DNA of 64,000 bases, from the NCBI GenBank assembly GCA_951406725.2, contig OX597817.1, positions 81,840,001 through 81,904,000 of the forward strand, written 5' to 3'. This DNA is from Octopus vulgaris. Lineage: Eukaryota. The notes under the pieces were generated by a model. It was given only the letters and a program-made list of their open reading frames with translations, was not told the origin of the DNA and did no database searches. This document shows, one piece after another, positions 42,455 to 58,164 of the stretch. The first letter of the stretch is position 1. The number at the start of each line of letters is the position of its first letter. The translations under genes were made by a program, and so were the position numbers.

Positions 42455-43153
42455 GATGGGTAAATTGTCACTATTTTATTTTTTTATTTTGCCCATGCGC
42501 ACTGTTTTTGATTTTGTTGACTACACAGTATTGTAGAGTCAATTGAGCACCGTCTGTGAGAAAAACAGCACCAGACACAGTCAACATAATGATGTTTGAA
42601 GTGATCATTAGTGATGGCGACATTATTCCTCCATTCGTCTTCCAGTACAACCTCAGATTCAATACGGAGACCTACATCAAGTGCCTGGAGGAGGTAATGC
42701 TGCTCTGGGTGAAAAGGGTGGCTGCTCGAAGATCCTATGTCTGGCAACAGGACTCTGCACCAGGGCACACAAGTAGGAGAACCCAGTCATGGCAGTCAGA
42801 CAATTTCTGCGACCACATCACCCCTAACATCTGACCAGCTAACTCTCCCGACTGCAACTCCCTTAATTATTATGTGTGAGACGTAATTGAGCGAGAAGCC
42901 AACAAAACTCCTTGTAATATCAAAGCAAGGATTATGGCAGCATTCACCAACTTAAATAAGGAGACCGTCCAGAAGAGTTGGAAGAGATTCCAAAGACGTC
43001 TGGAGGCCGTGGTTGAAGCCAATGGCGATTTTATTGAATAAATTTTCTTAAAGTATTTCAAGTTATTTTAATGTAATTTTGGTAAATATATCTGTTAAAA
43101 TGAGATGTGTGTTATCATTTTTGCGTAATTTAAATGACAATTTATTCACCCTG
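42455..43153 (+). mobile_element. Internally deleted DD37D (maT-type) Tc1/mariner element
   Basis: VWQQDSAPGH..NI*PANSPDCNSLNYYV; 37 residues between the 2nd and 3rd catalytic positions; TIR GGTAAATTGTCA / TGACAATTTATTCACCCTG|TA. Confidence 0.85.
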
Positions 43154-43185
<32 letters not shown>

Positions 43186-44199
43186 TGTATGTATGTATGT
43201 ATGTATGTATGTATGTATGTATGTATGTATGTATGTATGTATGTATGTATGTATGTATGTATGTATGTATGTGTGTATTTATCTATATATGTATATACAT
43301 GCATACACCATAAGCACTCATACATATGTATGTACATGCAAAAATACATAGATTCATTCTAACGCATTGCATAGAAATATACTCTCATACAAACATATAT
43401 ACTCACATGTAGCCGCACAGAAACTCGGTTTAAACACCCATATTTGAATCATTGAATTTGCTATAAACACCATCTCCGCCATCTATACCACAACCATCAG
43501 GTATGTTAAATCACTGGTTATTCTTTTGATCATGTGGGTATACTAGTGACAAACTTGAAGTCTCTATGCAGACAAGACTCAACAGCATGAGAAGAACAAC
43601 ATATAAATGGTGAACAGCTATTTATTTGTTGTGCTTAAAAAAAAAATTGAAATATGCTATATTCTTTTAAAATTATAAATGCAATAATGATTTGCATTTA
43701 ATTATGAACTTACTGACTTGCATAATTGATAATAAATGGTTGTGTGAAAGATCCCTCTGCTAGCGGCAGGAATTAAATAAAAAAGATACAGGTTCGAAAT
43801 TTCTTCAAAGCTGAATTAATTTATGACAAAACAATCACTGCAACCAGTAATATTTGTTGAAGGCAAGACAAGGGATGATGAAATAATTTTCAAATATAAG
43901 GTACACGAATATATGAATAAACGAATATAAACGTAGAATATACATGATAATATATACATGACCTAGTACCGACTGTTACTATGTTACCTTGCAGTAGGGC
44001 TGACCTCCTGTATTTATCTGTCAGTCGTTATAGTAAGAGCCACGCTATAGCAACAAGTGTATTACGAGCTGGGAATGTGAAGAATATAATCATTGAAATG
44101 TGTTTTCTAATGAAATGTTCCTAGAAAAAAATATTTGTTTGTGATACTCTCACAAAAGACAGATTTACACGTGACAAGTATTGATAAAAAATCCACTGA

Positions 44200-46680
44200 C
44201 TTGATGTTAACAGTGATTAGCAAAATACACAGGTAATATTTACAACAAAGCAATGTCCCTTCATTTTGGCAAATATAAGCCTCTTTATATGCAATTTCCA
44301 CAACTGATAAGCAAAGTTACTATAGAAATATATAAGAACTATGAAAGAAGTGAACAAGATCAACAGCAAAAGCAAAAATGCTATAATGGATTTAAATATG
44401 AAAGAAAGAAAGAAAAAGACTGTTGATCTATATAAGACTATCAGTTAAATGGCGGTATTTGTTATGTAAACGTGTAACTACATTCTCACCAAGTAAAAAG
44501 ATATGACATAAATTTGAATATAAATTGATCACTTTGAAGCTGGCTTTAAAAGCTGTCAGTGAGAAACACTGGCATCAGAAGAGAGAAGCTATAGGGAAAA
44601 TAATTAGCAATTCGGTGAAATCATTCAGAGTTTACTAAGATATGAGAGAAATGAAGTTCACAGAAACACCTTCTTAGGAAGGTGCAGTATCATTTTAGAA
44701 AAAAATCTGGAGTGAAAGACAGAAATTTGACCAGGATGTTGTGGGGATGGAAGAAATTGGATGAAATATTGTTTGTGAATTGCATCAAAATTATGGCGAA
44801 TCAATGGTGATATTTTTGAGACAGACTATAAGAGAAATACTTCAGGATAAAAAAAAAAAATCACCAAGAAGAGACTTGATTGCTGGCTATTGATACAAAA
44901 ATATATGTACCTCCTCTCGAGGGTATTTTATTGACTTTCACAAGGAAGATTTCAGTAGAGATATAAATGCACCAAAAAGGCTGATATTGGTTGAAACAAG
45001 TCTGGCTGAAAAAGAAAGAAAAGAAAAAAAGAAAAAAAGCTCATAAGCATGGCGAAGAATTACGGATCAATTACATGCTAGAATTTAATGTAGGAAATAT
45101 TGACAGCCTGTCTGAACTGATTCCTCTTGCTTCAGTGTGATAGTAACAACATCACTGATAAATGAAAAACTGAGGAATGTGAGGAGAAATTATTAAAGGG
45201 TGTATCAGAGGTGTAATGACATTGGAGAAACTTAGTTCCGGTCAGGTTGCCTCATAACAAAAGCATTCGGGTCTGTTCTCCACTCGTGTATCCTGGAAAC
45301 TATTTGATTTTCTAAAGTTCCAGAGATCATAATCAGGATTATAGACAACCTAGCCTCATTTTGGGAGTTCAATACTTGGTGATTCTTGTGTCTTTGAGAG
45401 AATAAAGTTAGATACAGGAAGTGGTTGTATTGTCACTGGTGTGATAAACTATCGTAGGAGTACCTATTTCAAAGAGACAAGTCTCTCTGTGATGATATTT
45501 ATACTTGCTGTGAATTCCTTATACATTTGTTGGTGGAATCCGAACAATACTTAATTGGTTCACAGGAAGACAGAAACATCAAACTGAAACATCTTTCTGA
45601 AACACCTGAAAGTATAAGTCAAAAAATGAATGGTATGAAGCAGGGCCTTGATCTAAGCAAGATATTAATATCAATTCAAATAGAATCCTAATCATTCGAC
45701 AAAATCTACCAACCAACAAAGTCAGAGGTGTACCTATGGACCAATTTTGCACATTTGAGGAATATAACATCATGAGAACTGGAAAGGAACTATTCAGAAA
45801 GATACCCTGTTTAGTGACCAGAGATATATTCTTTTGGGAGTTTCATAGCTCTACTGCAATAGATCATCAGACAAACTGCTTTTCAGGAGATGGTTATGAA
45901 TGGCTATCATGTCAAATAGCTTTAGAATGACGATGCAACATAGATAAATATAGTAGTGTAACTTAGATCAATAACCGATATATTAGCTCTCACTCTGAAG
46001 GGTATGTTTTTGCAGTCTAGGACCAGAAAATAGCAACAAAATATCAGACTGACAAAAATGACTCAGACAGTTTTCTCAGTGATGATGTTTATACTTGCAG
46101 TGAATTACTTATACTTTAGTTGATGGGATCTGAACACTGCTTGATTGGCTCACTTAGATGTGATAAATGAGGCTCGCATTATGGAATTATTACATTCAAC
46201 CCACACCATGCGTAGCTACTTGAAGATGCCATCACGATATCTTCCTATGAGATATGTTGTGGCCAATACCGAATACAATACAACCCATAGAATGAATAGT
46301 CCTGATGATGAAAGTATGAAAAATGTTTGTGATGTAGGGACATACTCACCCATAATAAACCGTCTGTGAATCATAAGGATGCCGATCTGCGTTAGAGAAA
46401 AAAAGTGTGTACAATAAAATCAGTTGTCCAGATAATTTATTCTAACATTATTTTGATATTAGAATTATTTAACATTTTTTATTGTGAGTATTATGTTAAA
46501 AATTAAAGAAAATGAAAGTATTCGTGAGGAACTAATGAGAACTCTGCAGATACTGTAGGTTTATGCATGAGATTATTGAGGCCCTTCGTTTTATCGATGA
46601 TTCAGCACTAAACAAAACATTAGAAACTAGAAGATACACAAAACTAGAAGATAACAGTTAACTAAGAAGTACAGTTGTAA
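44200..46680 (+). pseudogene. Ancient, heavily decayed R4/Dong-like LINE
   Basis: Remnants of GIFQGDSLS-like (~45460), EGYVFAV*DQKIATKY (~45995) and MPSRYLPMRYVVA (~46225). Boundaries approximate. Confidence 0.6.
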
Positions 46681-46734
46681 GTCAAGAGTCGATAACTAAA
46701 TATCTTATAAACTATCTTTCATGCTTTGTTTTTT

Positions 46735-47270
<536 letters not shown>

Positions 47271-48309
47271 ATTCTGGCACATTATAAATATACATACACC
47301 CCACAACACGCTCGTACACACACAAACGTCATGCTGTAGCGTATGTTGGTTCAAGCAGGATAGCGAAGTTGACTGGTTACACTAGAGGCGATTCAGAGTA
47401 GGCTATCCCGATGTAATATCGACCAATTAGAGAGGTGCAGTCTTTGAATGGTCTAAACATCGATGAGATCTGCTGTGCTGATGATGATACTGTGGTTTTG
47501 ACAGCAAGTAACGTCTCTGATGATACTTTATATACGTAATCCTTTGTATTCTTTCACTTGTTTCAGTTATTGGACCACGACCATGCTGGGGCACCTAAAA
47601 AAAGTATTTCTATAAAGCGTTATATAAATACCAGAACTTAGTTTGTTTCTTATTGCTTTGGGAAGGGTCGGAATTCAAGATCGAGTCGGACATAAGGGGA
47701 TGTAAGTGGTTCGTAACCGAATATCGCAGAGTAGTTTTGTTCAGTGTAACGATTCTGTCATTCCAGACCGATACTCACACAAACACACACACACACGCGT
47801 GCGCGCGCATACAGTGCTGTCTCCTTGAATAATTTGCTATCTCGTTGTATGTCAATCATGACAACCACCACGACCACAGCCGTTACCATCATCATTACCA
47901 CCATTACCGTCTTCACCACCACCACCACCACCACTACCACCACTACTATTAGCACCACGATTACACACCACCTTCAGCATAACCACCGTCAAAAGATCCC
48001 CCACCCTACCACCCATCACACCCACATCGCTTCAGCGGTGGTCATCATTGCATCAGCACCACAACAACACCATTAACACCGTCACTACAATCTCCTTTCA
48101 CCACCACCACCACCATCACCACCACTACCATCACCACCGCTGCCGCCACCACCACCACCACCACTTCACTTTACTTGCTAATGAGAAAGAGCAGTTTAAA
48201 TTTCACACTTGAAATAACCCCTTTGAATGAACGGACAGCAGCAACGAAAAACAATTAGGACCTCCTCCTCCTCTTCCTACTACTACTACTACTGCTACTA
48301 CTACTGCTG

Positions 48310-48360
<51 letters not shown>

Positions 48361-49078
48361 TTGCTGCTGCTGCTGCTACCACCTCCACTACTGTTTCGAG
48401 TCACCTGTACTCACGTAGCTACATCGGCATCCGGATGTCTTATCACAAAAGAATTAAAATTATTTCTGCGTAGGAGGAAGTCAGTCAATCCTCATGAAGA
48501 TCCGTACCTTAAGGCGGCCCTTTAGGTACACTGCAAAAATGCACAATCCTCTCTCCCCTGCTTTCTCACTTTCTCGGTCATCAGTAACCGTTATGTTTCC
48601 CTTCATCTTCATCTGTGTTTATTGTTTGTTTTTGCTCATTCCGTCCTTTCGCGGTCCTCCTCGCATTACTATTTCACCGGCTGGAGGTATTTTCTGTTTG
48701 ATCATATCTAATGAAAGTAAGGATGTCCCAGTGTCGTGTTATACGATCAAACTACTTCACTTTCTCCCTTTTCATAATTCACTGAAAACTTTCTTAGTTC
48801 GCCATCTCAACAATTTCTTTTCTAATACGCCGTTAGTTCCATATATTTCTCTATGGAATTCGAAACGTCATTTCAATGACCACCATATTTTTCTAACTTC
48901 CAGCACTCCACGCTTATTATTCTTACGTATGACGTGCAGATGGAGTCATAATTATTGCTCTGAACTGTTATCCTGCCAATCATCACTACCGTGGCTTTCC
49001 CTAGTATTGCACAATACATAACAATGGTTTAAAATAAACTTCTATATCCAGTCGTACAACACTTTCGATTAGCTGGAC

Positions 49079-49757
49079 CAGGGGTCGGCAAGGTGGTTAG
49101 TATTGACCCTGGGTCAATACTTGGGGGTCGGTAAACACCTGAAATGGTGCTAAGCATTTAAGGTGAATTACCAGTGACCTGAATCTGGTAGTGCACGGTA
49201 ATTTAAGGTAAAAAATATGGTTTCAAACTAGATATCGATGTAATAACTAGTATTCACCAAAATATATTTCACATCAAATATTCCGAATATACCAATGTGA
49301 ATTTTTATTGCTCTTTATCGATTCTGTTAATTATTTTCATTGAATTCCTTTAAAATATTTCTTATTAAAAAAGCGGTAACTATACAAAAGAATGAAAGAA
49401 TTATTGTTTTTGAATTAAATTTTTATAAACGCTTTGGCTGTCCAAAGCATTTTTATGTTTGTTCTAGACGTCTATTCTTTTTTTCAGACTTTTATATATT
49501 TCCTGAGTGGTATAAAGCTTTCTTTTCATATGTCCATAGTTATTCTGGTAGTTGAAATCATTTGAGAACGTGTATCATATATATGACGAACGGATGCCAG
49601 CGAAATATGCCCTGTGTACCATACGTGGCATAGAATAGGTAGAGGGTTAATCTAACTTTTAAATTTATTTTAGAAAATACATGATGGCTAGGGGAGCAAT
49701 AAATTATCGACGATTCCATGAAGAGGTCAGCGATATTAAGAAGTTTGCCGTCCTCTA
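49079..49757. mobile_element. hAT-type MITE, old
   Basis: Imperfect TIRs CAGGGGTCGGCAA and TTGCCGTCCTCTA; TSD not resolvable. Confidence 0.5.
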
Positions 49758-50696
49758 GGTTAGCTCTATCTGCTTCAATTTATCTTCACGAATAATAACT
49801 AATAATAATAAAACAACTATAAGCTCTATTTTTAACAGTTAATTAATAACAGTCTTCAATATGCTTTTGTATGTAATTACCCATGCTAACAGCCAATAAA
49901 ACGAAATTATGTGTTTATTTGTACTATTTTTTTTCCACAAATACGGTCGAATTGTGTGTTAAAATTGTTTTGCTGCTGCAAGCCATAAATTTTTTACTTT
50001 GATCTTATATCTTCCGCTACCTTGTTCCCAAATATCTAAAAACTTCAGCTTGCTTGAGCTTCAATCACCTGGATTCACTGTTCCTTTTCTTTTCTTTTAT
50101 TACTTCTCATTATTTTACCTTTTCTCCGTCGGCACTTATTTCTATTCTATCTCTTCATGGCATTGTATCAATACGTATTGTTAGGTCTCTATGTTACTAA
50201 TTTTGTTTTATTAACTCAATAGTATTAACATTTCCTTTAAGAAAAAACCCTCAAAATAACTCAAGGATTTCCTTGTTGTATATTCAGGAAACATTGAAAA
50301 ACCTCTGTGAAAAATACATACTCATCTGACAGCAACTATTGTTTCAACACAATTACTTGAGAATTTGAAATTCAAATCAGTTTTTGCATATTTTTATGAC
50401 TTTACAACATTTAATAATGTAAGGCTGATGTTAAATTATCTCATATTAATCCAAAGTGTTTGAAGACACGTGACCAAAAGCTTTTTTCAAAGTCCACTAT
50501 GTTGGGACTAAGTCTGACTAGTGTTCCATCTATTTTTCTGCTGGAACCAGCCTGAGTTTTGCCTAACATCGTTTTTCAGTGTTGGTTTTGGAGAAAATAA
50601 AACAGTAAAACTCTGTTTAAAGACCCGTGGATAGGCTGACAGAGTCTTAGAGCACCAGACTAAATGATGTCTGCTGTTATTATAGCTGTTTAAATT

Positions 50697-51356
50697 AAGG
50701 CATCGAGCCGACAGAATCATTAACACGCTGGACAAAATGCTCAACGGTATTTCTTCCCACTTTATGTTCTTATTTCAAATTTCGTGAGGTGACGATAAAA
50801 ATAAGTACCAATCAAGCACTGGGATCGATGTAATCGATTACCCTCTCCATCCACCCAAATTTCAGGTCTTGTGCCTATAGTAGAAAAGAAAGGATTATAG
50901 ATTTTTCTTTAGCTAAAGGCTAGCGAGCTGGCAGAATCGTTGGCACGCCGGACAAAATGCTTAGGGGAATTTCGTCCGTCTTTACGACCATAGTTCAGAT
51001 TTTGCCGAGATTGTCTTTGATTTTCATCCCTTTCGGAGTCGATAAATCGAGTATTAGTCGAGCACTGGCGCCGAAATAATTGACTTGTTCCTCGCCATCA
51101 AAATTTCAGGCCTTGCACCTATACCAGAAAGAATTATATTTGTTTAGCTTAACGTGGTGAGTTGGCAAATTCGTCAGTGCATTTGAAAGATGCTTTAATG
51201 TAGTTATTCCGGTGCTTTAGCTTCTGAGTTCAAATTTAGCTGAGATCAACTTTGTCTTCCATTCTGTCATTCAAGTACCAATCAAGTAGTGGGGTCGACG
51301 GTATCGACTAAACAGCCCTGCTACCAAAATTCTGGCATTGTGCCTAAATCCGAGAC
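50697..51356 (+). mobile_element. Tandem trimer of SINE family C
   Basis: Three ~220-bp head-to-tail units. Confidence 0.8.
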
Positions 51357-51441
51357 AATTATATATACACATACGGTATTTATGTGTGTGTGTGTGTTCT
51401 TGCGTGTGTGTGTATGTATACACACATACACACACACACAC

Positions 51442-51800
<359 letters not shown>

Positions 51801-51804
51801 TATA

Positions 51805-51853
<49 letters not shown>

Positions 51854-52398
51854 ACGTATATACATATATATATATGTGTGTGTGTATATATATGTATGTA
51901 TATATGTGTATATATACATATGTGTGTGTATATGTATGTTTAAATGTATCTATGTATGCATATATATATACACACATACATACATATATATACACATACA
52001 CACACATACACGCACATACGTATACGCACAAGTTAGAACATCTACGCAACGAAAACACAGCCATGCCGACTTTCATCTCCGTGACAAGACTGAAGTGACA
52101 AAAAAAAAAAATGGATTTACGAAATAATATTTCCAGTGCATCATGATCGAAATTATTCGGGTTCCAATAAATTTATTCCCAAATGTTTACCGAAATTATA
52201 AGGTACTAGCAAGACCTGTGGAAATCCCACCTGTGTTAGTCAGCATATTTGAAAACATATTGATATACTAAGCACAACCATTTCTTTTGAAATTCTGTCA
52301 TTTAATCAAAACTGTACTTTTAAATATAACCTTACATTTCAGTTCAACTATCTATTTGTATGTCTATTAATATGTCGCCTTATCTACATATCTGTTAG

Positions 52399-52524
<126 letters not shown>

Positions 52525-52619
52525 ATCCTTCTGCCGATGATATATATATATGTGTGTGTATATATATATATGCATATATATATATAAATGTATATATATA
52601 TATATATATATACATATAT

Positions 52620-52790
52620 TTCGCTATGATAGATCTCTAACCACTACACATTCTTTATTTTCTCCTCTTGTTTCTTTCTGTGTTCCTTTCTGTGGAAGAG
52701 CGTAGGCTCGAAGCGTTATACTAATACATCTGTTTGTTGTCTACACCACACGTCTTCGTCTTTTGCTTTTTTTGTGAATTCTCCCTATAT
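52620..52790 (+). mobile_element. Deleted copy of the 36213-36400 HHR element
   Basis: CTGTGGA-agagcgtaggctc-GAA followed by a deletion joining to GCGTTATACTAATACATC. Confidence 0.7.
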
Positions 52791-53179
52791 ATATATATAT
52801 AGCTGTACTAATAATACCCGATAAGCATTTAAACTGAATAAAATAAAATAAAAAAAAATGAATAGTGGCGGTTCATCAGCATAGTCTGAGCCTTTGGTCT
52901 GGAACACATAAAGAATAAAAGTGTAACACCTCCAACTATTTGCTTAATTTAACTATCTACGGATATATCTTTTAATGCGTAAATTTATATATGTTCATTA
53001 CGTTGTTTCATTATTTTAAACAGTTCAGTTGGGTCTGCATTTGGGTCATACAAACGCAGGATAATGTAGGACTTCTTCTCACTCTCTCTTTTTCTCATGT
53101 TTTCTCTCTCTATTAGTTCACTGATTTCACTGATAACCAATTGGCAAAACTACAACCGCAAGAACAAGCAGAATAATAT

Positions 53180-53350
53180 TGATTTCAAATTTTGGTACAA
53201 CACTACAAAATCGCTTTAGGGGTAAATCGGTTACATCTGTACTCACCTGGCACTTATTTTACCGACCTCGAAAGGATAAAAGGCAAAGTCAACCTCGGTG
53301 GAACTTCAACTCACAACGTGATACAGTTAAGCATTTTACCCTGCGCAATA
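53180..53350 (-). mobile_element. SINE family C, degraded
   Basis: Homologous to 21200-21393. Confidence 0.6.
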
Positions 53351-53641
53351 ACAAGGAAAATATTATTACAGATAGATCTTTTATGATTATAAAATATACT
53401 ATAAAACGGTTTTAATTAAATTAGTGTTTTATGTTTATAAAATAGACCATAAAACAGTAATTTGCTTTAATTAATCTTAGTAATCATGATGTGCATATAA
53501 TTATATAGCGTTATGATGCTTGCAGTGGTTATGTATAATTGAATATATTGTCATCTGCGAATATGCCTCCATGCTTTACGTCATTTCCATTTAATACTGG
53601 TCATAATTATTGGTTTCTCATTGCGTACATGTCCGACAAGC

Positions 53642-53709
<68 letters not shown>

Positions 53710-53712
53710 TAC

Positions 53713-53762
<50 letters not shown>

Positions 53763-53782
53763 TATACATACATATATATATG

Positions 53783-53855
<73 letters not shown>

Positions 53856-53884
53856 TACATGTATATGTATATAAAAATAAATAA

Positions 53885-54131
53885 ATGTGCCCTTTTAAAG
53901 CCTAGCCAGGCTCATGGTCCCGGTTTCCCGGTTTCAATGGCGTATGTGTTCTCCAGCTGGACGGGACACCAGTCCATCGCAGCGTTACTCATTTTTGCCA
54001 GCTGAGTGGACTGGAGCAACGTGAAATGAAGCGTTTTGCTCCAGAACATAACGCGTCGCCCGGTCCAGGAATCGAAACCACAATCTTACAATCATGATGC
54101 TGACACCCTAACCACTAAGCCACGCGCCTCC
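53885..54131 (-). mobile_element. tRNA-derived SINE with a Nin/V-domain-like body
   Basis: TGGCTTAGTGG and GTTTCGATTCC boxes; body GCGATGGACTGGTGTCCCGTCCAG..GAAACCGGG resembles conserved metazoan SINE central domains. Confidence 0.75.
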
Positions 54132-54133
54132 AC

Positions 54134-54270
<137 letters not shown>

Positions 54271-54293
54271 GTGTGTGTGTGTGTGTACATATA

Positions 54294-54597
54294 CAGGGTG
54301 CAATGGGTAAATTGTCGCCGTTTTATATTTTTAATTTTGCGTATGCGCAACTGTTTGTCTTCGATTTTGTCAACTACACAGTTGGGCACTGTCTGTGAGA
54401 AAAAACAATACTATGACACAATTCACTCTGCCAGAAATTTGGATACGACATGCTGTACTGTTTCGCATTCGCACTGGAAGCTCAAGTACGAACATTTCAA
54501 AGTGTTTGGGTGTTAATCTGAGATCAGTACAATCTGAGGACATGTACTGAGAATGATAAAGAGAGGAGGGCAGCACGAAAGGCAAAAGTCTCACCAG
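54294..54597 (+). mobile_element. 5' end of the DD37D mariner family
   Basis: TA|CAGGGTGCAATGGGTAAATTGTC TIR; homologous to 42455-42575 and 57517-57660. Confidence 0.8.
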
Positions 54598-54739
54598 GTT
54601 TTGATTTTGCTGTTACGTGACACCCCCTCCCCAACCCGCCATTGCAATTGTAGATTCCATGCCAAAATTAGCTTGAAAAACCACCTCAGGACCCACAAAG
54701 TGTAAACTCAATCATTTTCAGATATATGAAGCACGAACC

Positions 54740-54836
<97 letters not shown>

Positions 54837-55052
54837 CTCGGTCACTCTCTCACTCTCTTACAAATACACAAACTCACACACATCCACACATACACACACA
54901 TATCCACACATATCCACACATACACACATATATGCAATGAGTTCCTATAAGTTCCTGAGCACGAAATCCACTCACAAGGCTTTGGTCGACTGTTGGACTT
55001 AACCCGGAACCATATGGTTGGGAACCAAACTTCTTACCACAGAGCGCTACTT

Positions 55053-55120
<68 letters not shown>

Positions 55121-55475
55121 TCACAGACAATCAGTTCCACAGACAATCAGTTCCTATGGTGCAAAGCATCTCATCTGGTGAGGTAACAACGTACCCCGTT
55201 CAGATTCACTAGAGTATGTTCTTAGAGAAGAAATGGCTAGGAACAGGTTTGTATCTGTAGCTCCGCAACTAAACCTGTTCCTAGCCAGGAATCAATAAAG
55301 TTTCCCATTTACTTCATTTTCCGTCTATATCGTTTCTACTACACTCAACGTACACAGAGGAATTCCTGATATAGATACAGCGACATTTGTGCTATTACTG
55401 TGGATGACACCAGGTAGTCATAGGCAGTGGTCGTGCTTTATCGTCATATTGCAAGGGACATACCCAGCACGTTAA

Positions 55476-55528
<53 letters not shown>

Positions 55529-55660
55529 CATGTGTGTATATATATATGTATATACGTATATATGTTTATATATATATATATGCATAAATATATTAGTATA
55601 TATATATACATATACATGTGTATACACACACTCATATACACACACACACTCTCTCTCTCT

Positions 55661-55716
<56 letters not shown>

Positions 55717-56371
55717 CATGTATGTGTGTATGTAGTACGTATCTATGTATAAATAGGTATATAGTATAAAGAACACCAAACAAACACTGAAATACCACCT
55801 TCACACACACACACTTACACTGACCAAATTCATATGTATGTCAGACAGATCGTGAAAGCTTTTTGAGTTTTAGCTATTGAAATTTGCTGATAATATGCAT
55901 TATACAATGGAGTGACGCCAAACCAGGATCAACAAACCTGTTGAGTGATAGTCTATACTCTTGCACATTGGACACGGACACACGCATTCATAGACGCACA
56001 CGAATATATATATATATGTGTGTGTAAATATTCATACCCACATACACGTATTCACATATATGTAACTGTGATGTTTTATAGTTTTATAAATAGTTACTTA
56101 AACGTATATTTCAAAAATACTATGGAAGATCAGATTGACAAACCGAAGTGGTTCGTTGTAACATGAGTGAACTTTGCGTCCAAGAACGAAAACATTGCTT
56201 CAGGAGAGAACAAAAGGCCCATAACCTGGTTTAACATGGTGTATACTCATTGAACACAAGCTGTTAAATACCAATCCCCTAAAAGCTGACAAACCCAGTA
56301 AACACACCTAATCACAAGGGTTAAAACACAAGACTGGACCCTAAAATTTAACCTTCATATTCTCAGAAGAA

Positions 56372-56903
56372 AAGGTTGTGTGGTAAAAAAATCTCCTTCT
56401 CAACTCCATCGTTCCGGGTTCAGCCCAAGTACGTGACACCCTGGGCTAAAGTTTTCAGGTATAGTGCCAGGTCGATCCGAATATACTAAGGCAGACGAAA
56501 ACTGAATATACTAAAGCAGACGAAAACTGAAAGAAGCCCGTCATACATACATACATACATACATACATACATACATACATACATACATACATACATACAT
56601 ACATACATACATACATACATACATACATACATACATGCATGCATGCATACATACACACATACATACACACACATATGATTGTATGTATTTGTGTCTGAGG
56701 ATGTTCTCCACCATCGCTTGACAACCGGTGTTGTTGCATTTACATCCCCGTAAATTAGCGGTTCGGCAAAAGAGACCGATACACTGAGTACCTGGCTTAA
56801 AATAAATAGATACTGGGGTCGATTCATTCGATTAGAACTTTTTCAAGGCGATGCTCCATCATGACCGCAGTATAATGACTGAAACAAGTAAACGATAAAA
56901 GAT
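56372..56903 (+). mobile_element. SINE family A, diverged
   Basis: Colinear with 584-991; internal (TACA)n and a ~26-bp tandem duplication. Confidence 0.8.
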
Positions 56904-57516
56904 CCTATTTAATGGCTAAATAAAACCAACAACAACAACCAAAACCAAGTGACAAATGTAACTACATTCCTCAGTGAACCCCTATGACCTGAAGTTGATA
57001 CACCTAACCATACACACCTAATTACAAAGCTCTAAATGCATGAAAAAATTTAACAATTAGCCCTTCCCCAAATTTAATCAATAAAAATTCTCCATACCAT
57101 CTTGCCATCACGACCAACCACAGTCTAATTATCATTCAACATAACTCAGGCTACCCTACAAAATTTGAACGTAGCAGAAGCTATATAAAGTGAAGATGAA
57201 TTTAAATGTATTAGAAATTGATGACGGCTTAGCTGGTGGAAACTTCGAAGTCACTGACAATATTATTCTTAAAGAATAATAAAGTAGTACTCTACCAAAT
57301 GTATTGAATATTTAATGTAAAATTGTTTTAATTATGACATAAAAACAAACAGTAATACACACACACATACTCACACACATATATACGCACACATACACAC
57401 ACATATATGCATATATATATATATACAGTAATCCCTCAGCATATCGTGGTTCACCTATCGCGGTTTATTATTTGAGTTTACGTCGATCCCTCTGTGGTGT
57501 TGATTAGGTTAGGTTA

Positions 57517-58160
57517 CCGTCTGTGAGAAAAACTGCACCCGGATGCAATTCACTTTGCCAGAAATTTGGAAACGACATGCTGCACTGCTGGGCATTCGTA
57601 CAGGGAGCTCCAATTCAAACTTTTCACTGTTTGGGTGTCAATCTGAGGACATGTTCCGAGAAGGATAAAAATTGAACATCCAGTCAACATCATGGTGTTT
57701 GTAGTGATCACTAGTGATAGCGACGTTATGCCTTCATTCATCTTCCCACGCCGCCTCACACTCAACACGGAGGTCTACATCAAGTGCCTGGAGGAGGTAG
57801 TGCTGCCTCGGATGAAGAGGGTGACTGCTGGAAGACTCTATGTCTGGCAACAGGACTCTGCACCATGCCACACAAGCAGGAAAACCCAATCATGGTTGTT
57901 AGACAATTTCTGCGACCACATCACCCCTAATATCTGACCAGCTAACTCCCCAGACTGCAACCACCTTAATTATTATGTGTGGGGCGCAGTTGAGAGAAAG
58001 AACAACAAAACTCCTAGTAACACCAAAGATGAACTGAAGGCAAAGATAATGGTAGCATTCACCGACTTAAACAAGGAGACCGCCCAGAAGAGTTGCAGGA
58101 GATTCCGAAGTCGTCTGGAGGCCGTGGTTGAAGACAATGGCAATTCTATTGAATAAATTT
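57517..58160 (+). mobile_element. DD37D mariner relic, truncated by the hAT element
   Basis: VWQQDSAPCH..NI*PANSPDCNHLNYYVWG; highly similar to 42550-43045. Confidence 0.85.
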
Positions 58161-58164
58161 AGTC

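Noticed and set aside
48494-49021. 175-aa plus-strand ORF
   Set aside because: No recognisable domain; composition reflects pyrimidine-rich sequence.
55820-55865. CTGACCA...GAAAGCTT HHR-like match
   Set aside because: No convincing stems I or II.
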